A stretch of DNA of 64,000 nucleotides from Desulfosudaceae bacterium (lineage in GTDB: Bacteria > Desulfobacterota > Desulfobacteria > Desulfobacterales > Desulfosudaceae). Positions within the stretch are counted from its first letter, which is position 1; the number at the start of each line of letters is the position of its first letter. Below are positions 37,231-47,294 of the stretch, piece after piece. The DNA is taken from the NCBI GenBank assembly GCA_963674745.2, contig CAXXDV010000001.1, forward strand, positions 1,792,001-1,856,000. Reading direction: 5' to 3'. The translations under genes were made by a program, and so were the position numbers. A model generated the notes under the pieces. The model worked only from the letters and a program-made list of their open reading frames with translations. It searched no databases and was not told the DNA's origin.

Positions 37231-38829
37231 CTAAAAAACAACTTGTGTGACCGACAGGACCAGTTCCTGGCTTTTTAATTTTTCGACGACGGCGTCGGGT
37301 ACCGGCTCTTCGGTCCGGACCAGGATTAAATTTGTGTCCCCGGGCTCTTCTTCCTGCCCCATCATCATTCTGAAAATATTAATTTTTTCATCCCCCAGAA
37401 CAGCACCGATGGTGCCGATATCACCGGGCTTGTTGGCGGTCAGGATAAGCAGGACGGCGTCATAGGGGCTCATGTCCAGCCGAAAGGAGTTGATCCGGAC
37501 AATCCGGGGATAGATTTTGCCCAGGATGGTCCCGCCTACGACTTGCGTTCCCTCGGTAGTGGTTACCCGTACCGTCATTAAATTCACGAAGTCAAAGGGT
37601 TCGGCGCTGGCGGTCTCAGACACCCGTATACCCATTTCCTGGGCAATGGCCGGCGCGTTAACGGCGTTGACCGTGTCGGTAACCAGGGGGTCCAGCAGGC
37701 CGTTGAGCAGGGCCGTGGTGACCGGTTGTAGTTCCAGGCCGTAATAATCGCCGTTGTATTCCACGGAAACCTCTTTTAATTGGCCATCGATAATCTGGGC
37801 CTGGAGCCGGCCGATACGCTCGGCCAGTTCGAGGAAAGGCTTGAGCTTGGTAAGCTTTTCGCCGGTGACCGAAGGCGCGTTGACCGCGTTGATGACGGTG
37901 CCGTCTTTTAACAAGGCGACGATCTGGTTGGCCACGTCCACCGCCACATTGGTCTGGGCCTCTTTGGTGGAAGCACCCAGGTGGGGGGTGCAGATCAGGT
38001 TGTCGAATTCAAGCAGCTGGCATTCACAGGGTGGTTCATTGGCAAATACGTCCAGCGCGGCGCCGCCGACTTTTCCGGATTTAAGGGCGTCACACAAGTC
38101 CGCCTCTTCAATAATGCCGCCCCTGGCACAATTGATAATCATGACGCCGTCCTTCATTTGCGCAAAAGCATCTTTGTTCAGCATGCCGATGGTCTTTTTG
38201 ATTTTGGGGACATGCACCGTGATGTAGTCCGCTTGTTTGTAAAGGTCTTCCGGCGTGTTTACACTTTCAAAGCCGTCCTTTTCAATCCGCTCGGGATTGA
38301 CGGCGGGGTCGTAAACGATTACCCGCATCTTCAGGCCGCGGGCCCGGTCGGCCACGATGGATCCGATTTTGCCGAAACCCAGGAGCCCCAGGGTTTTACC
38401 CATTAGTTCCCGGCCCTGGAGTTTTTTCTTGTCCCAGCGGCCGGCTCTTAATGATGCCGTCCCTTGGGGGATATTGCGTGACAGGGCCATCATCATGGCA
38501 ATGGCGTGCTCGGCAGTGGTAACGGTGTTGCCTGTGGGCGTGTTCATGACCACCACCCCTTTTTGGGTAGCGGCCGGGATGTCCACGTTGTCCAGGCCGA
38601 TACCGGCCCGGCCTACCACCATCAGGTTTTCGGCGGCTTCCAGCAATTCGGCCGTTACTTTAGTGGCGCTCCTGATTACCAGGGCATGATACGGCTGGAT
38701 CTCTTCCAGCAGTTCTTCAGGTGTTAAATCGGTATGCACATCAACTTCAATTCCCGGTTCATCTTCAAATATTTTGATCCCGGCTTCTCCCAGCTTATCG
38801 CTGACCAACACTTTGAATGTTTCTCCCAT
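37231..38829 (-). CDS. serA: D-3-phosphoglycerate dehydrogenase (long form with ASB/ACT)
   Basis: RAGIGLDNVD, GFGKIG, NCARGG, TPHLGASTKEAQ. Confidence 0.95.
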   Translation of the reverse strand: MGETFKVLVSDKLGEAGIKIFEDEPGIEVDVHTDLTPEELLEEIQPYHALVIRSATKVTAELLEAAENLMVVGRAGIGLDNVDIPAATQKGVVVMNTPTGNTVTTAEHAIAMMMALSRNIPQGTASLRAGRWDKKKLQGRELMGKTLGLLGFGKIGSIVADRARGLKMRVIVYDPAVNPERIEKDGFESVNTPEDLYKQADYITVHVPKIKKTIGMLNKDAFAQMKDGVMIINCARGGIIEEADLCDALKSGKVGGAALDVFANEPPCECQLLEFDNLICTPHLGASTKEAQTNVAVDVANQIVALLKDGTVINAVNAPSVTGEKLTKLKPFLELAERIGRLQAQIIDGQLKEVSVEYNGDYYGLELQPVTTALLNGLLDPLVTDTVNAVNAPAIAQEMGIRVSETASAEPFDFVNLMTVRVTTTEGTQVVGGTILGKIYPRIVRINSFRLDMSPYDAVLLILTANKPGDIGTIGAVLGDEKINIFRMMMGQEEEPGDTNLILVRTEEPVPDAVVEKLKSQELVLSVTQVVF

Positions 38830-38855
38830 CGGTCTGTCCTCTCCTTCTCCACAAG

Positions 38856-39686
38856 CTATTTTTGAAAATGCATCAACGCCCAGTTCAAATATCCTTTATT
38901 GCCGCCATCTACCCAGCGACGGAGACCGGTCATCATATTGTCCAGGTATTCTTTGCTGACGATTTTTTGCATTTCGTCGTACCGGCTTTCCAGTTCCCTG
39001 TAGACGCGGTCATAATGCATGGGCAGGTATTCGGCCAGGTCAATAACATTAATTTCTGTCAGGTTGTTTTCTTTCGCCAGTTGGCGGTAAAGTTTGACTG
39101 ATCCCAGAGAGTCAAGATTGATTCTTGTCAGAATGGCGTCTAAAACACCGTCCGGGCAATCGTCTGCCTGCATGGGGTCGGTGAAAACAAAATGCCCGTC
39201 TTTTTTTAACACCCGGGCAACTTCACGGATAACCGTTTCTTTTTCTCCGCTGTGCAGGATGGCGTCTTCGGACCAGACCACCTCAAAAGATTCATCTTCA
39301 AACGGCAGGTTTTCAAAATTACCGTCAATCACCTCGATCAGGTTCGCCACGCCCTGTTCGGCGTTCATCTTACGGTTGCGTTCATTCTCTTTTTCACTGA
39401 GGTTCAAACAGGTTATCGGGCAGCCATAGGTCTTGGCCAGAAAACGGGCCGACCCCCCGAAGCCTGCTCCGACATCCAGCACGTGGGTTTTTTCGTTCAA
39501 TTGCACCTGTTCGGACATTGTCTGAACGGTTCGTCGGCTGGCGTCAAAAATGGGCTCATCCGGGTTCTCGTATATTCCCAGGTGCAGATCCTCTCCACCC
39601 CAGACGTGGAAATAAAAGGCATCGGCATCCTGACTGTCGTAATAATTTTTTGCCTGTTGAACTACTTCCGAGTACTGATCATTCAT
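38856..39686 (-). CDS. Sarcosine/dimethylglycine N-methyltransferase-like SAM enzyme
   Basis: YYDSQDADAFYFHVWGGEDLHLGIY, LDVGAGFGG, DAILHS, FTDPM, W..GG..GYL.W; ATG 39686 (ORF-track start is over-extended). Confidence 0.82.
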   Translation of the reverse strand: MNDQYSEVVQQAKNYYDSQDADAFYFHVWGGEDLHLGIYENPDEPIFDASRRTVQTMSEQVQLNEKTHVLDVGAGFGGSARFLAKTYGCPITCLNLSEKENERNRKMNAEQGVANLIEVIDGNFENLPFEDESFEVVWSEDAILHSGEKETVIREVARVLKKDGHFVFTDPMQADDCPDGVLDAILTRINLDSLGSVKLYRQLAKENNLTEINVIDLAEYLPMHYDRVYRELESRYDEMQKIVSKEYLDNMMTGLRRWVDGGNKGYLNWALMHFQK

Positions 39687-39736
39687 CGTATTAATTTCCT
39701 TTCTTCCGGTTTTTTGTCCATTAGAAAGCGCAAGAG

Positions 39737-41083
39737 CTATCTGCCGGATGTTTTTTTGTCGCTGAAAACAAGTCCGGTCAGCAATTTGGGGTAATAAAAC
39801 GTGGTTTTTCTGGGCATGATTTCGCCCTGAGCGGCTACCGCCTGAACCTGTTCGTTGCGGGTCGGATTCAAGAAAAACGCAATCCGGCATTTTCCGGAAA
39901 CGGCGGCATCAACGGCTTCGTGGAAATTGCTGGTATAGTCGATGACTTCTTCTTCATCCAGCTCTGTCTGGCTGTAACCGAAGATCTTTTTCAAGATCAA
40001 TTGTGATAAAATGGTGACATCAAGAGGGCGTAACGCTTTAGGGGTGCTCTGGTCAAACGCGGTTTCCATGGCCTGCGGGCGCAAGGTCAACAGATAGAAT
40101 ACCGGCCGGTCGTGGGCGACAGCGCCAAAAGCGTTTTTAAGCAAATTGTTTTGCAGGTCGTTTTTGAGCTGATTTTCCGCTTTTTCCCGGTCGGCCGGGT
40201 CAAAAGGGATTTCTTTAATGTCAAAATATTCGGCGGCCTGTTTGACCCATGCGGACCCTGAAAGCAACGACTCATTGACCTTCAAGAGCAAACGATGCGT
40301 GGGCAGAATCAGCAGGCCCGGGTCCGAAGTGCTGCTCAGGCTCATCATGATATAATTGGCAGGATGGTCTTCTGAAAAATCAGGGTCGTTTTGCGCTACC
40401 CAGGCACGGTAGTTGAGCCCGGTTTCATAGCGATGGTGACCGTCCGCGATATAAAGCTGTTTATCTTTTAAAAACGCTGTCACACGCTCGATCGCCCGGC
40501 TGTCGGTCACGCGCCACAACCGGTGATGCTCGCCGGCATCATCGATCAGGTCGATATCGGGCCGGTTTTCCCCGACCGCGTCAACCAGTGTGTTGATGAC
40601 CTGTTGTTCCGGATCCGTGTACAGTGAAAATATCTGGCAGAAATTGGCACCAGCGGCTTTGAGCAGGTTGAGACGGTCGTTTTTCACTTTGGAGGATGTC
40701 CGTTCGTGAGGGAGAACAACTTTTTTTTCAAACGGTTCCAGCCGGACATAAGCGATGAATCCGTAACGTGTGAACTTGTTCTCCTCGATTGTGAAATCCA
40801 ACGATGTCAGGTAGATGGCAGGTTCACTGTCTGCTACCAGTGTCCCGTTTGTCAGCCAGTCGCGGAATTGTTCGGCGGAAGATTGATAAAATTTTGAATT
40901 GTCTTTGGATTCGTCTCCAGGTGGGCATAAAATCAGCCGTACCACATTCTGGGGGTGTCGGTCGCGCAGGGTTGCATTCTCCTCATGGCAAATAACGTCA
41001 TAAGGAGGTGCCACGACTTGTGAAAAGTCGGTAATTTTGCTTTTATTATACAATATACCCTTAAACGGTATAACCAGTGCCAT
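39737..41083 (-). CDS. DUF1015 family protein
   Basis: PFKG, APPYDVI, LPHERT, IADGHHRYET, MPRKTTFYYPK. Confidence 0.92.
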   Translation of the reverse strand: MALVIPFKGILYNKSKITDFSQVVAPPYDVICHEENATLRDRHPQNVVRLILCPPGDESKDNSKFYQSSAEQFRDWLTNGTLVADSEPAIYLTSLDFTIEENKFTRYGFIAYVRLEPFEKKVVLPHERTSSKVKNDRLNLLKAAGANFCQIFSLYTDPEQQVINTLVDAVGENRPDIDLIDDAGEHHRLWRVTDSRAIERVTAFLKDKQLYIADGHHRYETGLNYRAWVAQNDPDFSEDHPANYIMMSLSSTSDPGLLILPTHRLLLKVNESLLSGSAWVKQAAEYFDIKEIPFDPADREKAENQLKNDLQNNLLKNAFGAVAHDRPVFYLLTLRPQAMETAFDQSTPKALRPLDVTILSQLILKKIFGYSQTELDEEEVIDYTSNFHEAVDAAVSGKCRIAFFLNPTRNEQVQAVAAQGEIMPRKTTFYYPKLLTGLVFSDKKTSGR

Positions 41084-41466
41084 ACAACAACCTTTATCCT
41101 TTTCGGATTTTGTTTTAGATATTTTTTAAAAACGTCATTTCCATTCAAAATGCCGTGCATTTACTCTAAGATCCGGCTTGATCCGCTGTTAAAATATATT
41201 TTATTTACTGAATCCAGGTTTTTACCAGAAAATGATGAGCGATTTTCGTTTTTCTCGAACCCACTAGATAAAGATATCTAGCATAATTGATTTACTATTG
41301 CAAGAGCAAGATGGAAAAAATTGAATAGTGTTTAAAAACAAATAGTTATTGTTTTCTACCGGCCGTAGCGGAAATTATTTTTCAAATTGACGGCCCGTAA
41401 AATCTTGTGCTTTTTTGCGGGATACGGTCCTGAGCAGCTATCAGTAGATTGATTAGTAATTCGGCT

Positions 41467-41495
41467 TTGACAAAACAGGTCACCGGGAATATACT
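41467..41495 (+). promoter_or_regulatory. sigma70 promoter of panC
   Basis: TTGACA-17 bp-TATACT. Confidence 0.75.
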
Positions 41496-41612
41496 TTATA
41501 TTAAATCATGATATTTAACAGTTGTTTAAACCCGACCGCATGGCCGGGCAAATGCGTTTTCGTAAAAAATAGCCATTCAGCCTGCGGAATGAATGAGAAC
41601 AAGGAGGCGGCC

Positions 41613-42455
41613 ATCAAAATTATTAACACACCCGAGCAAATGCAGCAACATGCCGATGCGCTTCGGTGTTCAGGCAAAAGCATTGCTTTTGTCCCCACCA
41701 TGGGGTGCCTTCATGAGGGACATCTGTCTTTAATCCGGATCGCGAAAATCCACGGCGATTACACGGTGCTGAGCATTTTTGTCAACCCTGCCCAGTTCGG
41801 GGCAAACGAGGATTTTGACAGCTACCCCAAGCAGTTTGAAAAAGACGCCCGGGCAGCCGAAGCCGAAGGGGTTGACACTATTTTCGCGCCGGAAAAGGAA
41901 AGCCTGTATGGAAACGGTTATGAAACCTACGTCACCCTGGAAAATCTGCCCCATCACCTGTGCGGTCTTTTCCGGCCGGGGCATTTCAGGGGGGTGGCAA
42001 CAGTTGTGACCAAGCTGTTTAATATTGTCAAACCCCATGCGGCCGTTTTCGGAGAAAAGGATTTCCAGCAACTCGCCGTTATTCGGCGCATGACCAGTGA
42101 CCTGAATCTGGATGTCAAAATTATCGGCGCCCCCATTGTCAGGGAACCGGATGGGCTGGCCATGAGCTCCAGAAACATCTACCTGTCAGATGATCAGCGG
42201 CCTTCTGCCCTGTCTTTGTACCAGTCCCTGTTGATGGCCAAAGAGATGATCGGCAAAGGGGAAACCCGCGCCGCCCGGATTATTGAAAAAGTGTCCCGGC
42301 ATATTGAATCATTGCCGGAAACCGAAATCGATTACGTGACCCTGTCTGACCCGGATACGCTTGACGAGGTGGAAACGATTGACGGAACGGTCCTGCTGGC
42401 GTTGGCCGTGCGCGTGGGGGGAAAGTGCCGGTTGATAGATAATATGGTGATTTAG
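41613..42455 (+). CDS. panC: Pantoate--beta-alanine ligase (start ATC 41613 or ATG 41589)
   Basis: VPTMGCLHEGHLSL, SIFVNPAQF, RPGHF.GV, FGEKDFQQ, SSRN, RLIDN. Confidence 0.95.
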   Translation: MKIINTPEQMQQHADALRCSGKSIAFVPTMGCLHEGHLSLIRIAKIHGDYTVLSIFVNPAQFGANEDFDSYPKQFEKDARAAEAEGVDTIFAPEKESLYGNGYETYVTLENLPHHLCGLFRPGHFRGVATVVTKLFNIVKPHAAVFGEKDFQQLAVIRRMTSDLNLDVKIIGAPIVREPDGLAMSSRNIYLSDDQRPSALSLYQSLLMAKEMIGKGETRAARIIEKVSRHIESLPETEIDYVTLSDPDTLDEVETIDGTVLLALAVRVGGKCRLIDNMVI

Positions 42456-42600
42456 GTTCGGGGTTTGAGGTTCAGGGTTCAAGGGGCCGGGGGGTAAGGT
42501 GGTTAAAGGCTTTAAGGGGTTTAGGTTTTAAAGTGTTAGAGTTTTAGGTGGTTAAGTGATTATGTAGGGGCACGGCGTGCCGTGCCCGATTGTGGTTAGG
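42453..42600 (+). repeat. GT-rich tandem-repeat arm ending in a GTAG REP (42564-42587)
   Basis: GGTTCGG/GGTTTGA/GGTTCAG units, GTTTTAAA/GTGGTTAA units, then GTAGGGGCACGGCGTGCCGTGCCCGATTGTG. Confidence 0.8.
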
Positions 42601-42715
42601 TTCGAGGCCCGGGATTTGAGGGCGCAGGATCGTTGTTGAGGCGTTGAGGGGCTTGCGTTTTGTCCTGCTGGCTGGCCAATATTTTTTGAATAATTTCAAA
42701 GCAGTTTAACCGCCT

Positions 42716-43045
42716 TTGGAACAGTGTATAATTAAATATTTTCTCCTTTTTTGTTGGATTACAGGACTCGTTGCCTGGTCTGTTGCCGTTTATTCAAGCA
42801 TTGCATTATGTTGGCAGATTAAAAAAGGTGAAAAATGGCGAATATTTCTGGATCCCTTTTATATTTTGAAGCCGGAATTATATACGGAGAAAGGGAATAA
42901 ACTCAGAAACAGAGTATTTGCTTCAATTTGTATTTTTCTTTTAGCAGTACTTCTTTTTATTTCAGTTAGCTCTAAATTTTGTAAAGAACCCAAAAAGTCA
43001 GTCGAGGCAGTCAAGATTAAGCAACTGAGCGCTGTTGAAAATTAA
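42716..43045 (+). CDS. Small AT-rich two-TM hypothetical protein
   Basis: 109-aa ORF, visibly AT-richer than its neighbours, two hydrophobic segments; TTG start uncertain. Confidence 0.5.
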   Translation: MEQCIIKYFLLFCWITGLVAWSVAVYSSIALCWQIKKGEKWRIFLDPFYILKPELYTEKGNKLRNRVFASICIFLLAVLLFISVSSKFCKEPKKSVEAVKIKQLSAVEN

Positions 43046-43080
43046 ATTACGCGAACTAAATTCTGGGCCGGCTTTCCCCC

Positions 43081-43208
43081 CCGCCCCCTAACACTTTAAA
43101 ACGTAAAATCTGAACACAATCGGGCACGGCACGCCGTGCCCCTACCTGACCACCTAAACACATAATCACCTAACCACCTAAAACTTTAAAACCCTAAAAC
43201 TTTAAAAC
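43081..43208 (-). repeat. Inverted copy of the repeat arm with GTAG REP (43122-43145)
   Basis: Minus strand GTTTTAAA/GTGGTTAG units, then GTAGGGGCACGGCGTGCCGTGCCCGATTGTG. Confidence 0.8.
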
Positions 43209-44837
43209 CTATCTGTATTTCGCGATTTTGAATTCGTCATCCGTCTCGCCGCTGCCGGCCGTTTCGATCTTGGCCACCTTTGTTCCGGTATAGTATTTCT
43301 GAAGGATACGTTTATAGTTATAGCCCTGAATGGCCATCTGGCGGGCGCCCCACTGGCTCATGCCCACGCCGTGACCAAAACCGTTTCCTTTGAACAGGAT
43401 GCCGTCTTTGTTCATGACCGTTTTAAAAAAGGTGCTTTTCAAGTGCCTGGCGCCGATGGCCAGCCGGAAATTATTGCTGCTGATTTTTTGCCGGCCCTTG
43501 TCCGATACTACCGTTATTTCTTTGACCCTACCGGACCGTGTTTTGCGGCCGATCTGGACCGTTTTAATATTTCCGGAGTTGATGCCGAAACTTTTTAACC
43601 GCTTGACCGCTTCCGAATAGGAAAGAAAATATTCCCAGGTGCTGCCCGGTGAATTCTTGCTGTAAGCGTCCGGCTGGTCAATTAAGTACGGCACCCTGGC
43701 ACCCCAGACATTTTCCGGCCGTTCCGTATAACCGCCGCTGTTGGAGTGAAAATAAGCCACAATCAGTCTGCCGTTGTAAGTCAATACCTGTCCGCGGGTC
43801 TGGTCAACGGCAAAGCGGGTGGCCAGTTCTTCCCGGTCAAAACCGCCGTAAACCTGAGATGCTGTTGTGGCATGAACATCATAAATTTTTGCCAGGCTTT
43901 TATGTTTTATATAGAGGGCATAGGTGCGGGCGGCTACCGCCTGCGCCATGAGCGCGTGGGTGGGCCAGGTGTGGGGGACTTCGCAGGGGACGACGCCGTA
44001 TAAATATTCTTCTATGTCGACATGGTTGATCGCGGTCAGCCGGTCATCATCGACCAGGACGACAAGTTCGCCTCGATAGCGTTTATTGTTCAGGCTGAAG
44101 GTGGCATTGTTTGATTTTATCTTCAACGGCTCAAACTGATTCCAGGTTTTGCCGGCCACCTGAATTTTTCCATTTGAGACCGACAAGACCGCGCTTTTTG
44201 TTCCAGACGTGAAAACATTCCCCGAAAACGCGCCGCACAGGGTCAGCAGTTTATCCGAGGCAATCGTCAGGCGGTTTGCGTCAACAGCCAGCAGGACCCT
44301 TATGGTTGTGTCTTCCGGAAACGGCCAGCCATCGTGCCCGGTAGCTCCCGAAGCCGCTGAAGTAGCTAAATTCATGGCGCTTTCAGCCCAGGACCGGGCG
44401 GATTGACGCCACCTGGCATCCGGGTATTTGTCCAGGTATTTGGAAAACGCGGCAATGGCGGCCTGATACTGCTTAAGCTGGTAAAGGACCATACCTTTTT
44501 TAAACAGCGCTTCACCGGCTGTGCGTGCCGTAGAATAGGTGTTTGTCACATCGTCAAAATATTTTATGCCCATGTCCGGTTGATCCAGGTACTGGGCATA
44601 AATATAGCCGATCATGATCAGGGCGCTGGCCTTTTGCTCGTCGTCCGGCGCACTGTTGGCAACAGACTGATATAATCCCAGGGCCTCGAGATATTTGCCG
44701 GAGGCGAGAAATATCTGGGCTTTGTGAAAGAAAATGCCGCTATCGGTTGAGGCCCGCGTGCCGGTGACGCCGACCAGGAAAAAAACCGGCAGCATCAGCA
44801 GACAATAAAATGAAAAGGAAAAACAGATTTTTTTCAT
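43209..44837 (-). CDS. SpoIID/LytB domain protein with N-terminal TPR
   Basis: EEYLYGVVPCE, AQAVAARTYA, SQVYGG, GFGHGVGMSQWGA. Confidence 0.92.
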   Translation of the reverse strand: MKKICFSFSFYCLLMLPVFFLVGVTGTRASTDSGIFFHKAQIFLASGKYLEALGLYQSVANSAPDDEQKASALIMIGYIYAQYLDQPDMGIKYFDDVTNTYSTARTAGEALFKKGMVLYQLKQYQAAIAAFSKYLDKYPDARWRQSARSWAESAMNLATSAASGATGHDGWPFPEDTTIRVLLAVDANRLTIASDKLLTLCGAFSGNVFTSGTKSAVLSVSNGKIQVAGKTWNQFEPLKIKSNNATFSLNNKRYRGELVVLVDDDRLTAINHVDIEEYLYGVVPCEVPHTWPTHALMAQAVAARTYALYIKHKSLAKIYDVHATTASQVYGGFDREELATRFAVDQTRGQVLTYNGRLIVAYFHSNSGGYTERPENVWGARVPYLIDQPDAYSKNSPGSTWEYFLSYSEAVKRLKSFGINSGNIKTVQIGRKTRSGRVKEITVVSDKGRQKISSNNFRLAIGARHLKSTFFKTVMNKDGILFKGNGFGHGVGMSQWGARQMAIQGYNYKRILQKYYTGTKVAKIETAGSGETDDEFKIAKYR

Positions 44838-44859
44838 TGTTCTTCAATCAGGACAAACT

Positions 44860-47115
44860 CTATTTGGTATCCATTGTAAACGACCCGTCCCAGTTGTCGG
44901 GAGGCGGATTTTCCATATATTGTTTGCAACGGTTTATCATGGCCTTGCTGGGACCGTCATCCGGTGTCAGATCCAGCGCCATCTGGAAAAACGCGATGGC
45001 CTTGGACCAGTTCCGTTGCTTGTATTCGTTAAACCCTTTGGCATAACAGTCCACCGTATCAGCCAGGGACTTGGGGATTTCACCGGCTTTACCCAGCACT
45101 TCATATATAATAAGGGGCTGGTCTTTGCCGATAACCTTTACGGCATCAAGTTGCCGGACAGCAATACTTTCCGCCGCGGCCCGGTAAGTGGTGTCGCCGA
45201 TCATGGTGTAAGTGCCGTATTGCTTGTTCACGCCTTCCAGGCGGGCTGCGGTGTTGACCGTATCACCCATCATGGTGTAGTCCATACGGTTTCTGGAACC
45301 CATGTTGCCGACGACCGCCGGGCCGGAAAAAAGACCGATACGTACTTTCAGTTCCGGTTTTCCCTGCTCGCGCCATTGCCGGCGGAGTTCCTTCATGCGT
45401 TCCTGGATGTCAACGCAGGCCAGGCAGGCGGCGGCCGCGTGATTTTCGAGCTCAAGGGGGGCGCCGAAAAAGGAGATGACGGCATCGCCTTCAAATTTAT
45501 CCACGCCGCCCTGGTATTTCATAATAATGTCGGTTATTTCGGTTAAAAACTCATTCAACAGTTCAACCAGTTCTTCGGGGGCCAGTTTCTCTGAAATACT
45601 GGTAAATCCCTGAACATCAGAAAAGAAGGCGGTGATTTCCCGGCGCTCACCGCCCAGCACCAGTTTGTTCGGGGATGAAATGAGCTGGTCGACAACTTCC
45701 GGTGCCAGGTATTTTGAAAACGCTTCACGGATGAATCTTTTCTGCCCTTCTTCGGTAAAATATTTATAGGACGTAACCGTTACGTAGATGGCCAAAAAAA
45801 CGGTCAGCGGGTAGACCATGTTGAGTAGCCACCCCATGTGTGAAAAGAAATAGTGGCACAGCCAGATATATCCGCCTAAAAGAAAGGCCGCGGACAACCC
45901 GCCGGTAAGCGCGCCGGCTCTGGACAGGGCCAGGGATAGAAACAAACCGCCACAGATAATAATCATCAGGTCAAACACGATTGCCCAGAACGGGTGATAG
46001 ATGAAATCATGGGCCAGTATGCTGTCCATGATATTAAGGTGCACTTCCGGGCCGGGGAAAACTTCTGCCGTTGGCGTAACACACTCGTCATGCAGGCCGA
46101 TGGCGGTCGCTCCGACCAGGACAATTTTGTTTCTGATGTCTTCATCCGGCACCCGATCATGCAGGACATCGGTGGCAGAAATATGGGGAAAGGTATGTGC
46201 CCCTCCTCTGTAATTAATGATAAGCTCGCCCCTGCTGTTCACCGGAATAGACATATCTCCGGCCATTATGCTGGTTACCCCCGTTTCATTGACCGTGATC
46301 GAAAGTTGCGCGTCCAGAAAAGCGCCGATCGCTTTCAGCGACAAAGGCGCATAGAGGTTTTGCTTGAAACGGATGACCATGGGGATTTTTCTGACGACGC
46401 CGTCCGGGTCGGTCAGTTTATTAAAAAAACCGGCCAGGGGAGTGCTTTCCGTAATGATCGAAATGTTGGACTGCGGCGCGGCGGCATCCGTCATGTCCAC
46501 ATTCTCCGCGCTTTTTGATGTTTTTGCTCTGGAGAATGAAGCATTTAAGATGTTTGTCTCGTGTCGTCGGCGCTCTTCTTCGTTGATATGAGACGCTTCT
46601 TCTTCGGAGATCTGAAAAAAGAAGCCCAACACCACTTTGCTTTTTGCGTTTTTGATGGCTTCAGCCAGGATCCGGTCGTTGTCCTGTTTATACTGCAGTT
46701 CTTTCAGATAGCTGATGAACGGTTCGTTGTTACTGGTTAATTGTCGCGCGTTTTTTTTGATTTCTTCAATGGTGTCATTAATGATATCGCTTTCCGGTTC
46801 GAGAAAACCGATATCAAAAGCAATGACCCGGGCGCCTTTGTCTGACAGCCGGTTGACAATATCTGCGATTTTTGACCTCGGCCAGGCCCAGCGTCCCTCC
46901 TCCTTCAGGCTCTTTTCATCAACGGCGACCAGAACCACTTTGTCCCCGATCGGTTTGTCTCCTCTTAATTTAAACCGCAGGTCAATGGTTTTGAGTTCCA
47001 TGGTGCTTAAAAAAGAGGGCCACGAATTGGAGAACATAATGATGCCGATCAGTATAATGGCAACAGACAGGGTCACAGGGCCCCGGAAAAGGGTTCTTTT
47101 CAGTAATGACAGCAT
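44860..47115 (-). CDS. CHASE2-domain class III adenylate cyclase
   Basis: WAWPRS CHASE2 motif; three TM; FSDVQGFT, DKFEGD, GDTVNTAARLE. Confidence 0.92.
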   Translation of the reverse strand: MLSLLKRTLFRGPVTLSVAIILIGIIMFSNSWPSFLSTMELKTIDLRFKLRGDKPIGDKVVLVAVDEKSLKEEGRWAWPRSKIADIVNRLSDKGARVIAFDIGFLEPESDIINDTIEEIKKNARQLTSNNEPFISYLKELQYKQDNDRILAEAIKNAKSKVVLGFFFQISEEEASHINEEERRRHETNILNASFSRAKTSKSAENVDMTDAAAPQSNISIITESTPLAGFFNKLTDPDGVVRKIPMVIRFKQNLYAPLSLKAIGAFLDAQLSITVNETGVTSIMAGDMSIPVNSRGELIINYRGGAHTFPHISATDVLHDRVPDEDIRNKIVLVGATAIGLHDECVTPTAEVFPGPEVHLNIMDSILAHDFIYHPFWAIVFDLMIIICGGLFLSLALSRAGALTGGLSAAFLLGGYIWLCHYFFSHMGWLLNMVYPLTVFLAIYVTVTSYKYFTEEGQKRFIREAFSKYLAPEVVDQLISSPNKLVLGGERREITAFFSDVQGFTSISEKLAPEELVELLNEFLTEITDIIMKYQGGVDKFEGDAVISFFGAPLELENHAAAACLACVDIQERMKELRRQWREQGKPELKVRIGLFSGPAVVGNMGSRNRMDYTMMGDTVNTAARLEGVNKQYGTYTMIGDTTYRAAAESIAVRQLDAVKVIGKDQPLIIYEVLGKAGEIPKSLADTVDCYAKGFNEYKQRNWSKAIAFFQMALDLTPDDGPSKAMINRCKQYMENPPPDNWDGSFTMDTK

Positions 47116-47267
47116 GGCTACCCGGAAAAAGGTTGTTGGTTCACGGCGTATTTTTACATTTTAAAAATATTAGAGAAATAAGTCAACGCAACTTTTCCCT
47201 TGAATTAGACGCCATCGTTTGGCCCTGATATCTCGTGGGTTGACTCAGACACTGGCGCCTTCTGCGA

Positions 47268-47294
47268 GGGCAGAGCGTGCCGTGACCGATTGCG
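47268..47294 (+). repeat. Degenerate copy of the 42564-type REP
   Basis: GGGCAGAGCGTGCCGTGACCGATTGCG vs GGGCACGGCGTGCCGTGCCCGATTGTG. Confidence 0.5.
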
